Of a stretch of DNA of 64,000 bases, positions 1 to 8,407 are shown one piece after another. Made by a program: the position numbers and the translations under genes. Under the pieces are notes generated by a model. It saw only the letters and a list, made by a program, of their open reading frames with translations, did no database searches and was not told where the DNA came from. The stretch lies in the sequence record MW057919.1; one strand, 5' to 3'. How positions within the stretch are numbered: the first letter of the stretch is position 1; every line of letters starts with the position of its first letter.

Positions 1-390
1 ATGTCTTTTTATCTACCGAAATACACCGATCCAATTGAAGCAATCGAATGGAAAAAGAACGGTGATATACCTGGTGATGGCGTTATCAATAATATCAACC
101 AAGGTGCTATTGTTGGTTATGCTATACCTACTAAAGAGTCTACTCTTAGTAATGCGATTTGCCCATTATGTAATCTAACTGAATCTAGTCATGGTATTTT
201 ACGTGTAGGCCCAGATAAAGATAAAATTGTCTGTCCGGGTGATTTTATTATTTTAATTCGTAAAAATAATGGGCGTATACTAGATTACAAATTAATGCGT
301 CAACGTGAATTTAATAAACTTTATCAACTGGTAACAAAAGAGGAAGCTAAACAATGGGTAATGATGTTGGATCCAGAAAAGAAGGACTAA
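1..390 (+). CDS. Hypothetical protein (phiKZ gp1 position) with CPLC..H..C and PGDFII motifs
   Basis: 129-aa ORF, ATG at position 1, overlapped by the next gene. Contains EAIEW, CPLC and VCPGDFII motifs. Confidence 0.7.
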   Translation: MSFYLPKYTDPIEAIEWKKNGDIPGDGVINNINQGAIVGYAIPTKESTLSNAICPLCNLTESSHGILRVGPDKDKIVCPGDFIILIRKNNGRILDYKLMRQREFNKLYQLVTKEEAKQWVMMLDPEKKD

Positions 391-938
391 AGTTATATGA
401 AGCTTTAGTTGAGGATATAATCATCACCAATGATCTTGGTACTGGTCTTCGACCATCTCTTAATATAACCACTAATGATGGTGTAACTAGGAATGTTACA
501 TTTGATCAACTTGAGAATTTTATTAAAGTTATAAAAGCCACGCATGATACGCAAACTGTTGGCACTCCATTACAATGGTGTATTTACAGGTATGCTCCTA
601 ATTTAGTTAAAGCTCGGTATATTGCAACTAGTTGGAAAATAACTGTAGACCATGTTAAAAAGACTTTGAATTTTCAAGGTACTTTAAATCACGAAGGTAC
701 TGTAATTGATCATCCTAACTATGATCCAGATATTACCGCAAGAGAACTAATGTTCGATGAAACTATTACTGATTTTAGTCGATTTGAACAAATTGCTCTG
801 TCTGGAAATATCGCTAACTTTAAAGAAGAATTCAAAATGATGAAATATAGTTTTGACTTTAGTTACATTATTGAAGTTAGTAATGGCATGACTAGACTCA
901 AGGAGTTAGCTAATGATCAAACTGAATTATCAGATTAA
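354..938 (+). CDS. Possible chimallin-interacting protein ChmB (gp2-like)
   Basis: 194-aa ORF. Size and position (second gene, two before DHFR) match gp2/ChmB of phiPA3/PA1C as recalled. No sequence match verified. Confidence 0.45.
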   Translation: MGNDVGSRKEGLKLYEALVEDIIITNDLGTGLRPSLNITTNDGVTRNVTFDQLENFIKVIKATHDTQTVGTPLQWCIYRYAPNLVKARYIATSWKITVDHVKKTLNFQGTLNHEGTVIDHPNYDPDITARELMFDETITDFSRFEQIALSGNIANFKEEFKMMKYSFDFSYIIEVSNGMTRLKELANDQTELSD

Positions 939-1419
939 ATCAGAAGTCAATCATCTATTAAATAGATTATTAGTTAAAAACTTAGATGGCACTGTTTATT
1001 TTAGAACAACTATTAAAGAAGACGATTTAAAAGACTTACCTGTTAATCTGATTAGCCTACAAGTACTTATAAATCTATTGATAGGTTATGAAGGACTAGA
1101 TATTACAACTAATATTGAGGAATTCACACAGCAGATTAGTCTGATTCTTTGGGACATGCCCATACTAGAAAAAGGCGAAGTGGAATACCTCTATATTGAA
1201 CAAGATATTAAGTTGAATGAATTAGTTATTAAACATAAAAGACCTGGTGTATTAATTGATGAGAAAGTATATGGTGAATTAACGCTATTACAAATGGCTC
1301 AAATTAATTACCTATTAGCGTCTACATTTAAGTTTAAAACTAATTTCACTTGCTGTAGTTGGGCTATTGAATTTAAAGATAATGAAGTATCTTGTAAATT
1401 CTGGCCTAAGGAAAATTGA
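913..1419 (+). CDS. Hypothetical protein
   Basis: 168-aa ORF overlapping neighbours in operon-like fashion; SD-like AAGGAG upstream. Confidence 0.7.
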   Translation: MIKLNYQIKSEVNHLLNRLLVKNLDGTVYFRTTIKEDDLKDLPVNLISLQVLINLLIGYEGLDITTNIEEFTQQISLILWDMPILEKGEVEYLYIEQDIKLNELVIKHKRPGVLIDEKVYGELTLLQMAQINYLLASTFKFKTNFTCCSWAIEFKDNEVSCKFWPKEN

Positions 1420-1940
1420 TGGCTATTAAATTAATCGTTGCCCATGACCTAAATGGTGTCATTGGATATAATAATCTATTACCTTGGCATATACCTGAGG
1501 ATTTAGCTTTCTTTAAAGAAATGACAACTGGTTGCTGTGTTATCATGGGTAAAAATACTTTCTTATCCTTAGGTAGTAAACCGTTACCTAATCGTAATAA
1601 CATTGTTGTATCATCAAGTTTATATCGTAACGGTAATTACCCAGTATCCTGTGATAATAAATTAGGTGTACTCCCTAATCTAAGTGCAGCTGTTATTTAT
1701 GCCACTCATTTCAATAAAGAAACTGGAAAGGATGTATGGATCATTGGCGGTTCTCAACTTTATAAAGAAGTCATTGAAAAGGATATTTTAGACGAAATGT
1801 ACATTACTACTGTCAAGATGGAAATCGATAATAGTAGTTGTGTTTATTTCCCTAAAGAAATCATTAAATGGGATAAATGGAAATCAACCATTATTAAAGA
1901 AACTGACCTATGTACATATACCCATTGGATTAAAACATAA
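1416..1940 (+). CDS. folA: Dihydrofolate reductase
   Basis: Canonical DHFR motifs: IVAHD-NGVIG-NN-LPW-IPEDL-FFK, VIMGKNTF-SLG-KPLPNR-NIVVS, WIIGGSQLY, MYIT. Confidence 0.97.
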   Translation: MMAIKLIVAHDLNGVIGYNNLLPWHIPEDLAFFKEMTTGCCVIMGKNTFLSLGSKPLPNRNNIVVSSSLYRNGNYPVSCDNKLGVLPNLSAAVIYATHFNKETGKDVWIIGGSQLYKEVIEKDILDEMYITTVKMEIDNSSCVYFPKEIIKWDKWKSTIIKETDLCTYTHWIKT

Positions 1941-1944
1941 TAAT

Positions 1945-1971
1945 AGCCTTCCCCCAGGGGAAGGCTTTATG
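1945..1971 (+). terminator. Hairpin terminator-like element ending TTATG
   Basis: AGCCTTCCCC/GGGGAAGGCT inverted repeat right after the DHFR stop. Confidence 0.75.
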
Positions 1972-1997
1972 TCATGTATTCAAATGTATTTAAAGGG

Positions 1998-2005
1998 TAT
2001 ATTAC
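1998..2005 (+). promoter_or_regulatory. phiKZ-type early promoter core (TATATTAC)
   Basis: Exact TATATTAC in AT-rich intergenic DNA after a terminator; matches the known phiKZ early promoter consensus. Confidence 0.8.
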
Positions 2006-2056
2006 AAAGGTGAATTAAATACAGATTATTCTATTTATTATTGAGGGGTGCAGTCC

Positions 2057-2461
2057 ATGAAAAACACTAAGAAAACAACTTATAATGCTATCGATCTAAA
2101 TAAATTAAGTAAAGATATGTTCAGCGGTGGTAGAACCTGGGCAGCGGTTGAGTTTGCAATAAATTGTGCAAATGAGTTAATGGAATTAAATAGTAAAGGA
2201 AATACTATTTTATTTGATGATGATATTGTCGACAAAGTTGAATTTGAACTTAAGATCTATGATTGGTGTGATGCACCACACGGCTGTTATCTTTATAGAT
2301 CTTTATGGAAGAATACTCAGGAAATTGTCTTTGGTGATAATGTAAACAAAGATGGAAGACTTGTATTGACTAAAAAAGAAGTACGTGAATACTTTTCAAG
2401 ATTCAAAATTTTCCGTAGTGTCATGTACTTATCCAATAGTATTAAAAAGTTAAAAGGGTAA
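2057..2461 (+). CDS. Early hypothetical protein
   Basis: ORF; ATG 2057 preferred over GTG 2048 because GAGGGG lies 8 nt upstream. Confidence 0.75.
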   Translation: MKNTKKTTYNAIDLNKLSKDMFSGGRTWAAVEFAINCANELMELNSKGNTILFDDDIVDKVEFELKIYDWCDAPHGCYLYRSLWKNTQEIVFGDNVNKDGRLVLTKKEVREYFSRFKIFRSVMYLSNSIKKLKG

Positions 2462-2481
2462 CCCTCCCCTACTGATAATAC

Positions 2482-2545
2482 ATTCAAACATATTTAAACA
2501 GTATATTACTAACTTGATATTTAACCTTCAATTAATGTAAAAAGG
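2482..2545 (+). repeat. 64-bp early promoter/5'UTR cassette, copy 1
   Basis: Identical to 4334-4397; contains TATATTAC at 2502-2509 and ends in AAAAAGG (SD). Confidence 0.95.
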
Positions 2546-2555
2546 AATCTATACC

Positions 2556-3071
2556 ATGTTCGAAATTAAATTTTCTAAAAAAGAACAATTCCCTGGCCGT
2601 GGTCACTGCATCGAACTTTATGGTGATTATGTCACCGAGCGTGTATGGCATGCAGTGAAACAAATGGTTGAATGTAACATCACCAATCACGAGTTTTATA
2701 AAGCAAAAGAAGGATTCAGTGTATTCTTCCAAGGTGGTCATGACAATCCACATGGGAAATGGATCCTACTGGAATTCTGGGTAGACGACATCGAAAAGAC
2801 CCGTGAGTTCGTTCGTCTCTTGACTATCACTATTAATCGAGTATTGGTAGAGAGCTTTACTCAAATCTGCGTTAACCCTAATCAAATGGGTTATGTAGAT
2901 GGGGAAGGTGCATATACTGTACTTGGCGAAATCCATAAAGAAACTGGATGTCGTGTTAATTGGGGTAGTCCGACTACACCCATTACCTTCTATCCAGAAA
3001 ATAACTTGGAACATCGTAAAGTACTCGACTTGTGTGAAACCTTCGAACTCCCAGTAACTAAATGGGTATAA
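2556..3071 (+). CDS. Early hypothetical protein
   Basis: 171-aa ORF, SD AAGGA, downstream of early promoter. Confidence 0.85.
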   Translation: MFEIKFSKKEQFPGRGHCIELYGDYVTERVWHAVKQMVECNITNHEFYKAKEGFSVFFQGGHDNPHGKWILLEFWVDDIEKTREFVRLLTITINRVLVESFTQICVNPNQMGYVDGEGAYTVLGEIHKETGCRVNWGSPTTPITFYPENNLEHRKVLDLCETFELPVTKWV

Positions 3072-3088
3072 TTAGAGGATAAAGTACC

Positions 3089-3325
3089 ATGTACATCGTT
3101 ATCCACAGAGACGAGTCTGAAAGACATGAATTGACTGTAGGTGATCCTAAAGATCTTATCGCGATCTTAGTCATTCTGGAGAATAGTGATAAAGTCATTG
3201 AATATAAGGTTATCGATTCGGATGTTGGTGTAATCAAGGACTTTAGATACTCATTTGGTTGGGGTAACGGGTTCTTCACTAAAAATGCAAAAGATAATTT
3301 TAACTGGAATCAATCGAGGAAATAA
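3089..3325 (+). CDS. Early hypothetical protein
   Basis: 78-aa ORF, SD GAGGA. Confidence 0.75.
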   Translation: MYIVIHRDESERHELTVGDPKDLIAILVILENSDKVIEYKVIDSDVGVIKDFRYSFGWGNGFFTKNAKDNFNWNQSRK

Positions 3326-3327
3326 TA

Positions 3328-3540
3328 ATGGCTAACAGTAAAATCAGTGGCGAAGCTGTAATGAAATATCTACGTTCTCGAAATGACCACGTGGATTTTA
3401 TGCGAGATAAACTGTCGGTTTACATTGAAAATGATGAAGTGGTAGTTAAGATTATAGATACTACTTCAGGTGGTTCTGCAACACACCACTCAGGTTATGA
3501 TGTAAACAACTTTGAAAGAACGTATGGTCAAACTAACTAA
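3328..3540 (+). CDS. Early hypothetical protein
   Basis: 70-aa ORF, SD GAGGA, followed by terminator. Confidence 0.75.
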   Translation: MANSKISGEAVMKYLRSRNDHVDFMRDKLSVYIENDEVVVKIIDTTSGGSATHHSGYDVNNFERTYGQTN

Positions 3541-3571
3541 ATAAATTAGTAACACTTATTGGCGACATACA

Positions 3572-3598
3572 CCCTCCCTTCGGGGAGGGCTTTATTTT
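3572..3598 (+). terminator. Rho-independent terminator
   Basis: CCCTCCC-TTCG-GGGAGGG followed by CTTTATTTT. Confidence 0.85.
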
Positions 3599-3641
3599 CA
3601 ATATAGACATATTTTTTTAATACATTAGTTGGAGTTTAAAA

Positions 3642-3974
3642 ATGTTTAATAAAAATTTTATCAATGGTATTCAAATTTTTGTTGCCGCAACTACTGTTGC
3701 TACAACTATTGTTAAGTTAGTCGAATCATACAACAAATTAAATGAAGAAAAATCGGCTAACGATGTATGTAAGAAAATCCATATGGAAATCCATAAATTA
3801 ACTAGCCTGTTTATCGAACAAGATATACCTAATGAAGAACGCTGTGTTAGGTTACGTAAAACTGTTGATACATTAGTTAATAAACACTGCTCTAAATTAA
3901 CTGGCCGGCGGCGACTCAGGGCTGTTGCAGAAATCACTCGACATGTAGATGACTATTGTCGTCTGTGGAAATAA
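3642..3974 (+). CDS. Early hypothetical protein, N-terminal hydrophobic segment
   Basis: 110-aa ORF, SD GGAG; IFVAATTVATTIVKLV segment. Confidence 0.8.
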   Translation: MFNKNFINGIQIFVAATTVATTIVKLVESYNKLNEEKSANDVCKKIHMEIHKLTSLFIEQDIPNEERCVRLRKTVDTLVNKHCSKLTGRRRLRAVAEITRHVDDYCRLWK

Positions 3975-3975
3975 A

Positions 3976-4010
3976 ATAATACATTCAAACCATTTTAAAC
4001 AGTATATTAC
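3976..4010 (+). promoter_or_regulatory. Early promoter, partial third copy of the cassette
   Basis: ATAATACATTCAAACCATTTTAAACAGTATATTAC, near-identical to the 2476-2509 segment. Confidence 0.85.
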
Positions 4011-4056
4011 AACAGTGTAATTAAACCTATTAAATCAGTAAAAAAAGGAATCAACT

Positions 4057-4317
4057 ATGGCAACTTTCCTGACTTTCAAATCTGATGAAGACTTGGAGAA
4101 AGAAGCAATCCGTCGTGCACGTGCTATCATGGGTTTCCGTGGTGACCGTGATGCAGCTACTCGTCAGGTATGCATCAATCCTGTACGAGGTAAGGATTAC
4201 CGTAACTGGTTATCCCATAGCGCTACCTGGAAAGATGGTAACATTGTTGTTGATGAAGATAGTCTCATTGAGCTAGCCCGTGCCATCATTGATGAGACCT
4301 ACCTGCACGATATGTAA
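4057..4317 (+). CDS. Early hypothetical protein
   Basis: 86-aa ORF, SD AAGGA, host-like codon usage. Confidence 0.85.
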   Translation: MATFLTFKSDEDLEKEAIRRARAIMGFRGDRDAATRQVCINPVRGKDYRNWLSHSATWKDGNIVVDEDSLIELARAIIDETYLHDM

Positions 4318-4333
4318 TAACCACTACTCCCTT

Positions 4334-4397
4334 ATTCAAACATATTTAAACAGTATATTACTAACTTGATATTTAACCTTCAATTAATGTAAAAAGG
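4334..4397 (+). repeat. 64-bp early promoter/5'UTR cassette, copy 2
   Basis: Identical to 2482-2545; TATATTAC at 4354-4361. Confidence 0.95.
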
Positions 4398-4407
4398 GAC
4401 TTTAAAA

Positions 4408-4557
4408 ATGAAAGCATTCGCACTAGTGGTTATTGGTTTGACTTTTGGTGGACTGTTTGTAAACGCTAAGTTTGAAGAGCAAACTATTTCTAATGAAACT
4501 GTTATCCTCGGTCATCGTATCGGTCCCAATGGTCAAGAAATGCTCGTAACTAAATAG
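4408..4557 (+). CDS. Small protein (49 aa) with N-terminal signal/TM segment; not in ORF track
   Basis: Manual translation MKAFALVVIGLTFGGLFVNAKFEEQ...LVTK*, SD AAGGGA, directly behind promoter cassette. Confidence 0.75.
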   Translation: MKAFALVVIGLTFGGLFVNAKFEEQTISNETVILGHRIGPNGQEMLVTK

Positions 4558-4567
4558 AGAAATAAAA

Positions 4568-4909
4568 ATGGAAAAGTCCGTAGCAGTTAAAGTAATCGAC
4601 AACATGTGCCGTCCGAATATCGTTGCTCGCATGAATGGTAAACTGGTCTACCATGCTCGTAACGTAAAAATAGTAGAAGGTAAGGATCTATGGCCGAACC
4701 GCACTGACGTAGATGATGTTCGTGTACTGGTCGGTGAAGCCTTCCGTAACGGTGAATGGGTACCCATGCGCAGTTCTAGCCTGGTTAACGTAGATGCTGT
4801 TACCGGTGTATACGAAACCCTCAACTCTGTTTACATTGCTCCGGATCTTCTGGGAAGTCTCTCGGTGGGTCCTGATATCTTCAATGATGATGCAACTTTG
4901 AAAGGATAA
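4568..4909 (+). CDS. Early hypothetical protein
   Basis: 113-aa ORF in compact early operon. Confidence 0.8.
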   Translation: MEKSVAVKVIDNMCRPNIVARMNGKLVYHARNVKIVEGKDLWPNRTDVDDVRVLVGEAFRNGEWVPMRSSSLVNVDAVTGVYETLNSVYIAPDLLGSLSVGPDIFNDDATLKG

Positions 4910-4914
4910 TCAAT

Positions 4915-5307
4915 ATGAACTTCATCAAAGAAAACGCACTTGGTCTTATTGCACTGGCAGTTGGCGCAACAGCCGTTGCTGCCATCCTCGCGGTCAAAGC
5001 TACCGTAAAGGAAGACGGTCAGGCTGTAGCCGAACAGATCGAAAGCAGTATCTCTGATATTCTTATCGATAAGATCTCCACCTACCGCAACAGCGAACAA
5101 CATCGCAAGCTGGTAAGTCGTATTCGTCGTGATCGAAATATCACAACGGAAGAGTTCATCAGCCGTATCCAGTTGGATATCGCCATGAACGTCCTGCCGG
5201 AAGTAGAAGTACTTCTGGAATCGCATCGTGACCAGGTAACCGAAGAAGAATTCGAACGCCTGGTAGCCAACCTTCAACACTTCGTACAACGGATCATTGC
5301 CAAATGA
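4915..5307 (+). CDS. Early protein with N-terminal membrane anchor
   Basis: 130 aa; ALGLIALAVGATAVAAILAV hydrophobic stretch; SD AAGGA. Confidence 0.85.
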   Translation: MNFIKENALGLIALAVGATAVAAILAVKATVKEDGQAVAEQIESSISDILIDKISTYRNSEQHRKLVSRIRRDRNITTEEFISRIQLDIAMNVLPEVEVLLESHRDQVTEEEFERLVANLQHFVQRIIAK

Positions 5308-5480
5308 AAGTAAAGATCGGAATGGGATTCATTGCAGTACTGATGGGTATCGCTGCCGCAGGTGGTGAGTTCTATTACGATCTCACTAAACCTGAGGGCA
5401 AGGTATCTAAAGAGTGGTGCCAACACCCGGCTAAGCCGAAATGTACCATGTATGCATTCAACGTCAAAGAGGACAAGTAA
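5304..5480 (+). CDS. Small membrane/secreted protein (58 aa); not in ORF track
   Basis: Manual translation MKVKIGMGFIAVLMGIAAAGGEFYY...WCQHPAKPKC...EDK*; ATGA overlap with upstream gene and abuts downstream ATG. Confidence 0.75.
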   Translation: MKVKIGMGFIAVLMGIAAAGGEFYYDLTKPEGKVSKEWCQHPAKPKCTMYAFNVKEDK

Positions 5481-6083
5481 ATGGAACAGCGTCTCCTGAA
5501 AGCTTTCAAGAACATAGATCCCGTGTTCACGCAGAAACAGCACAACGAGTTGATCGATCGACGCGGTGCCGACATGGGTTTGACTGTCAAGGTCGACGCC
5601 ATGCTACTGTTGATCAAGAACGACCCGGTCAAGTACAAAGACCTGGAAACCAAGATCATCGAAGACGCCATCGCCTTCATAAAAGGTGAGCGTTCCTCCG
5701 ATATCGCCCTGGGCCTGTTCAACAAGATGGTTTATCAGGACAACGGTCCCGATGCCGTCGGCCTGCTGGAATACGCCAAGGTTTCCGAGTACAAGAACAT
5801 CCACGTGGATGAGTCCTGTGCTTGGGTCAACGTCTACCGTGGCAAGCTGAAGACCTTCATGGTTACATTCATCTCCCAATGTGCCGGTAACGCTCTGGTA
5901 CGTTCGGAACTGAAGACTCTTCAACATCAGCGTTACAATATCGCTAAGCAGAACTTCCGCGACATGAACAAACCTGTGCCTGAAGGTACTGTGAAAGAAC
6001 TGGCCAAAATGTACGGTAAATCCATCTCGGAAATCCGTCGCATGAAAGCCGAAGGTCGTCTTGGGGAACTGACCCAAGAATAA
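5481..6083 (+). CDS. Early protein with C-terminal HTH-like motif
   Basis: 200 aa; ends TVKELAKMYGKSISEIRRMKAEGRL; SD GAGGA. Confidence 0.8.
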   Translation: MEQRLLKAFKNIDPVFTQKQHNELIDRRGADMGLTVKVDAMLLLIKNDPVKYKDLETKIIEDAIAFIKGERSSDIALGLFNKMVYQDNGPDAVGLLEYAKVSEYKNIHVDESCAWVNVYRGKLKTFMVTFISQCAGNALVRSELKTLQHQRYNIAKQNFRDMNKPVPEGTVKELAKMYGKSISEIRRMKAEGRLGELTQE

Positions 6084-6084
6084 T

Positions 6085-6138
6085 AGATGGGTCTCTTCGG
6101 AGACCCATCTCAATGCGTCTTGAAAAGGATGCATTGAG
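6085..6138 (+). promoter_or_regulatory. Tandem hairpins (UUCG and GAAA loops) upstream of the 370-aa gene
   Basis: AGATGGGTCTC-TTCG-GAGACCCATCT, then CTCAATGCGTCTT-GAAA-AGGATGCATTGAG; no U-tract. Confidence 0.7.
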
Positions 6139-6176
6139 ATGTACTCAACCCAATCAATCGTAAAAAGGAAATTACC

Positions 6177-7289
6177 ATGAAACAGTATCGTGAACCCGTA
6201 ACCCGTCTGACCAAAGAAAAACTGGAATGGGTTATCAGCCGTCGTAAAGAAAGAAAGGCCGAACAACCTTTCGGTCGTGCCCATTTCCCTGCCGGTACTC
6301 GTGCTATCTTCGAATCCTGCTCCCTTCGTTACCTGGATGAGAATGAACGTGTGTATCCTGGACAGCGCTACGAGACATTCGAAGCTACTGTTCTCGGCGT
6401 TGTGGCCAATGGTCATAACAGTTATGTCGCTATTCTGGACATGCCCTGTGATCTTACTGAAAGCCGTAACAAGGCAATCAACGTCAGTTGGTGCCGTGGT
6501 ATTGTATCGCGCGGTGAAGGTAATTTCACCTGGTTCAAAGAAGAGTCAACCGAGTATGATCGCAATCATGGTTGGAACATCCGTGAGAAACATCCGACTG
6601 TTCGTTGGGCAGAAGGTCCTCGTCCTACTAAAGTACGTAGCCTTACCTGGGCAGAGGAATTCGATTATAACCGCGCAGTAGATCCGGTATACATCGAAAT
6701 CAACAAACATCACAGTCAGTACTATATCACTGACATGCGTTCGTTTGTGATGTTCACTCTTCGGGAACATCCTGCTTATGCAAACTCGTTTAAAGATCAT
6801 CTGCACAAACTGGACAAGCTAGTCATGGCGCTGTACTCCGATCCGACTATCAAAGCAGCTGAAGTAAAGCTGTCTCGCTACTCTGTTAGCTGGTTGATCA
6901 GCAAGAAGAAGTTCCATAAAGTCCTGCAACGCCTGCTTCCGTTCTACAAGACTTCTCGTCGTAAGGCGCAAGAAGAAGACGATAAAGCAATTAGCGAGAT
7001 GTATGAGGCTGAACTGGACCGTGACCTCAGTGAACAGTATGGTGAGTCTGATGATACCTCGGATGAATCAAGCTATTCATGGAATGACAGCACGCCCCTG
7101 GATGATGATGATCTGAATGTGTTTGATATGTACGACGACTCGGCATGCTCGCGTGAAATCAGTGATGATGTTCAACCCAAAACTATTGGTGAACTCCTGC
7201 GTGAAGCAATGGGGAACCCTGAAGAAGAGAAATCCAAATTAGTTATTGGAAGTATGGAAACTCTTTCTAAAGCGGTTATCATCAAATAG
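6177..7289 (+). CDS. Early protein, probable phiKZ014-like ribosome-associated factor
   Basis: 370 aa with basic N-terminus and acidic C-terminal tail. Size and gene order match phiKZ gp14 as recalled; not verified by alignment. Confidence 0.55.
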   Translation: MKQYREPVTRLTKEKLEWVISRRKERKAEQPFGRAHFPAGTRAIFESCSLRYLDENERVYPGQRYETFEATVLGVVANGHNSYVAILDMPCDLTESRNKAINVSWCRGIVSRGEGNFTWFKEESTEYDRNHGWNIREKHPTVRWAEGPRPTKVRSLTWAEEFDYNRAVDPVYIEINKHHSQYYITDMRSFVMFTLREHPAYANSFKDHLHKLDKLVMALYSDPTIKAAEVKLSRYSVSWLISKKKFHKVLQRLLPFYKTSRRKAQEEDDKAISEMYEAELDRDLSEQYGESDDTSDESSYSWNDSTPLDDDDLNVFDMYDDSACSREISDDVQPKTIGELLREAMGNPEEEKSKLVIGSMETLSKAVIIK

Positions 7290-7304
7290 ATTACACGCAA
7301 TAAT

Positions 7305-7331
7305 GGGAGTCTTCGGACTCCCTTTTATTTT
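7305..7331 (+). terminator. Rho-independent terminator
   Basis: GGGAGTC-TTCG-GACTCCC followed by TTTTATTTT. Confidence 0.9.
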
Positions 7332-7393
7332 CTACATCGTAATATTTTTTTATTTAGCAATATATTCATAAACTGTAAAAAGGAAGATATCTC

Positions 7394-8395
7394 ATGATCA
7401 TCAATGCAACCATCACTCGCGCAATGTTGAGTGCTCAAACTACAGAATCATCGCTTCTGTTTATTCTGACACACCTACATGGCAGTCCAGATGCTACTTC
7501 GTCGGATATGAACGACACCAAGCGCATTCTCGCCTCTAACGATCCTCTAAGTACCCTGTGGCAATGTGGTTGCCATTTGGTCGTATCGGAAGACGAACGC
7601 TGGTTCATTTCTCCATTCGGTGATACTGTACGCCTGGCATACCAGCACAAAGTACGTGGTAGCTGGATTACTTTCGGCATAGACCTGTTCGATCCGGAAG
7701 AATCCGAATCGGTACTATTGGCTATCCGTAGGCGGCTCCGCACCGGTTTCCCAGCAGATGAACTTGAAGTTAACTGTGGTATCAAAGGTTACCTCGAAGA
7801 AAGTTACGAGGTCAACGGGACCGGTTTGTGGAGCGTAGGTCGGATCATTCTGGCTCTGCATCCCACCAGCCCTTTCCGTTTTGCTGCTCTGGAACGTTTG
7901 TACGAGATTGCTAAGTTCCATAAGAACTACGCTGACATCGTGGATAATGTCGGGATCAATCATGATCGTAATTACCTGAATAACATCGTTGATGGAAAAT
8001 GGGTGGTCGAAGAGAAAGATGCTCAAGCTGTATTGAACAGCTACTTCACTTCGATGCTGAAGTTATTCTTCGACCGTGGTTTCTACTATCAGGATACTAT
8101 CGATGGCGGCAGGATCGATGTTCGTAGCAATGAAGGATCGTACTACCTCATTGGTGGTAATGCCACTGTAAATACCATCAATATCACTTACCTCAGTGCT
8201 AACAAAATAGAGATTCGTGATGGTGAATGGGAGTTCGCTTGGGACTGCAACAACACTGAATACTTCTTCGCTGAACATCCAGTAGATGCACTGCTTGCAT
8301 ATCACAAGCGTGTTGATCAGGAACATTCTTACAAAGCCACTGGTCTTGGTCATAGCCTGGAAGACATCCACAAGGTTCAACATATTCTAAAATGA
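7394..8395 (+). CDS. Early hypothetical protein
   Basis: 333-aa ORF, SD AAGGA. Confidence 0.85.
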   Translation: MIINATITRAMLSAQTTESSLLFILTHLHGSPDATSSDMNDTKRILASNDPLSTLWQCGCHLVVSEDERWFISPFGDTVRLAYQHKVRGSWITFGIDLFDPEESESVLLAIRRRLRTGFPADELEVNCGIKGYLEESYEVNGTGLWSVGRIILALHPTSPFRFAALERLYEIAKFHKNYADIVDNVGINHDRNYLNNIVDGKWVVEEKDAQAVLNSYFTSMLKLFFDRGFYYQDTIDGGRIDVRSNEGSYYLIGGNATVNTINITYLSANKIEIRDGEWEFAWDCNNTEYFFAEHPVDALLAYHKRVDQEHSYKATGLGHSLEDIHKVQHILK

Positions 8396-8407
8396 GGAAG
8401 ATTAATT

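Noticed and set aside
2476-4397. CRISPR-like or mini-array interpretation of the repeated intergenic sequences
   Set aside because: The copies are about 0.35-1.5 kb apart, separated by whole genes, and contain promoter and RBS motifs; no regular spacer periodicity anywhere in the window.
5604-6416. 270-aa minus-strand ORF and many similar antisense ORFs across 4.8-13.6 kb and inside chmA
   Set aside because: They mirror well-supported plus-strand genes with strong codon bias, lack an RBS and cross terminators; typical shadow ORFs.
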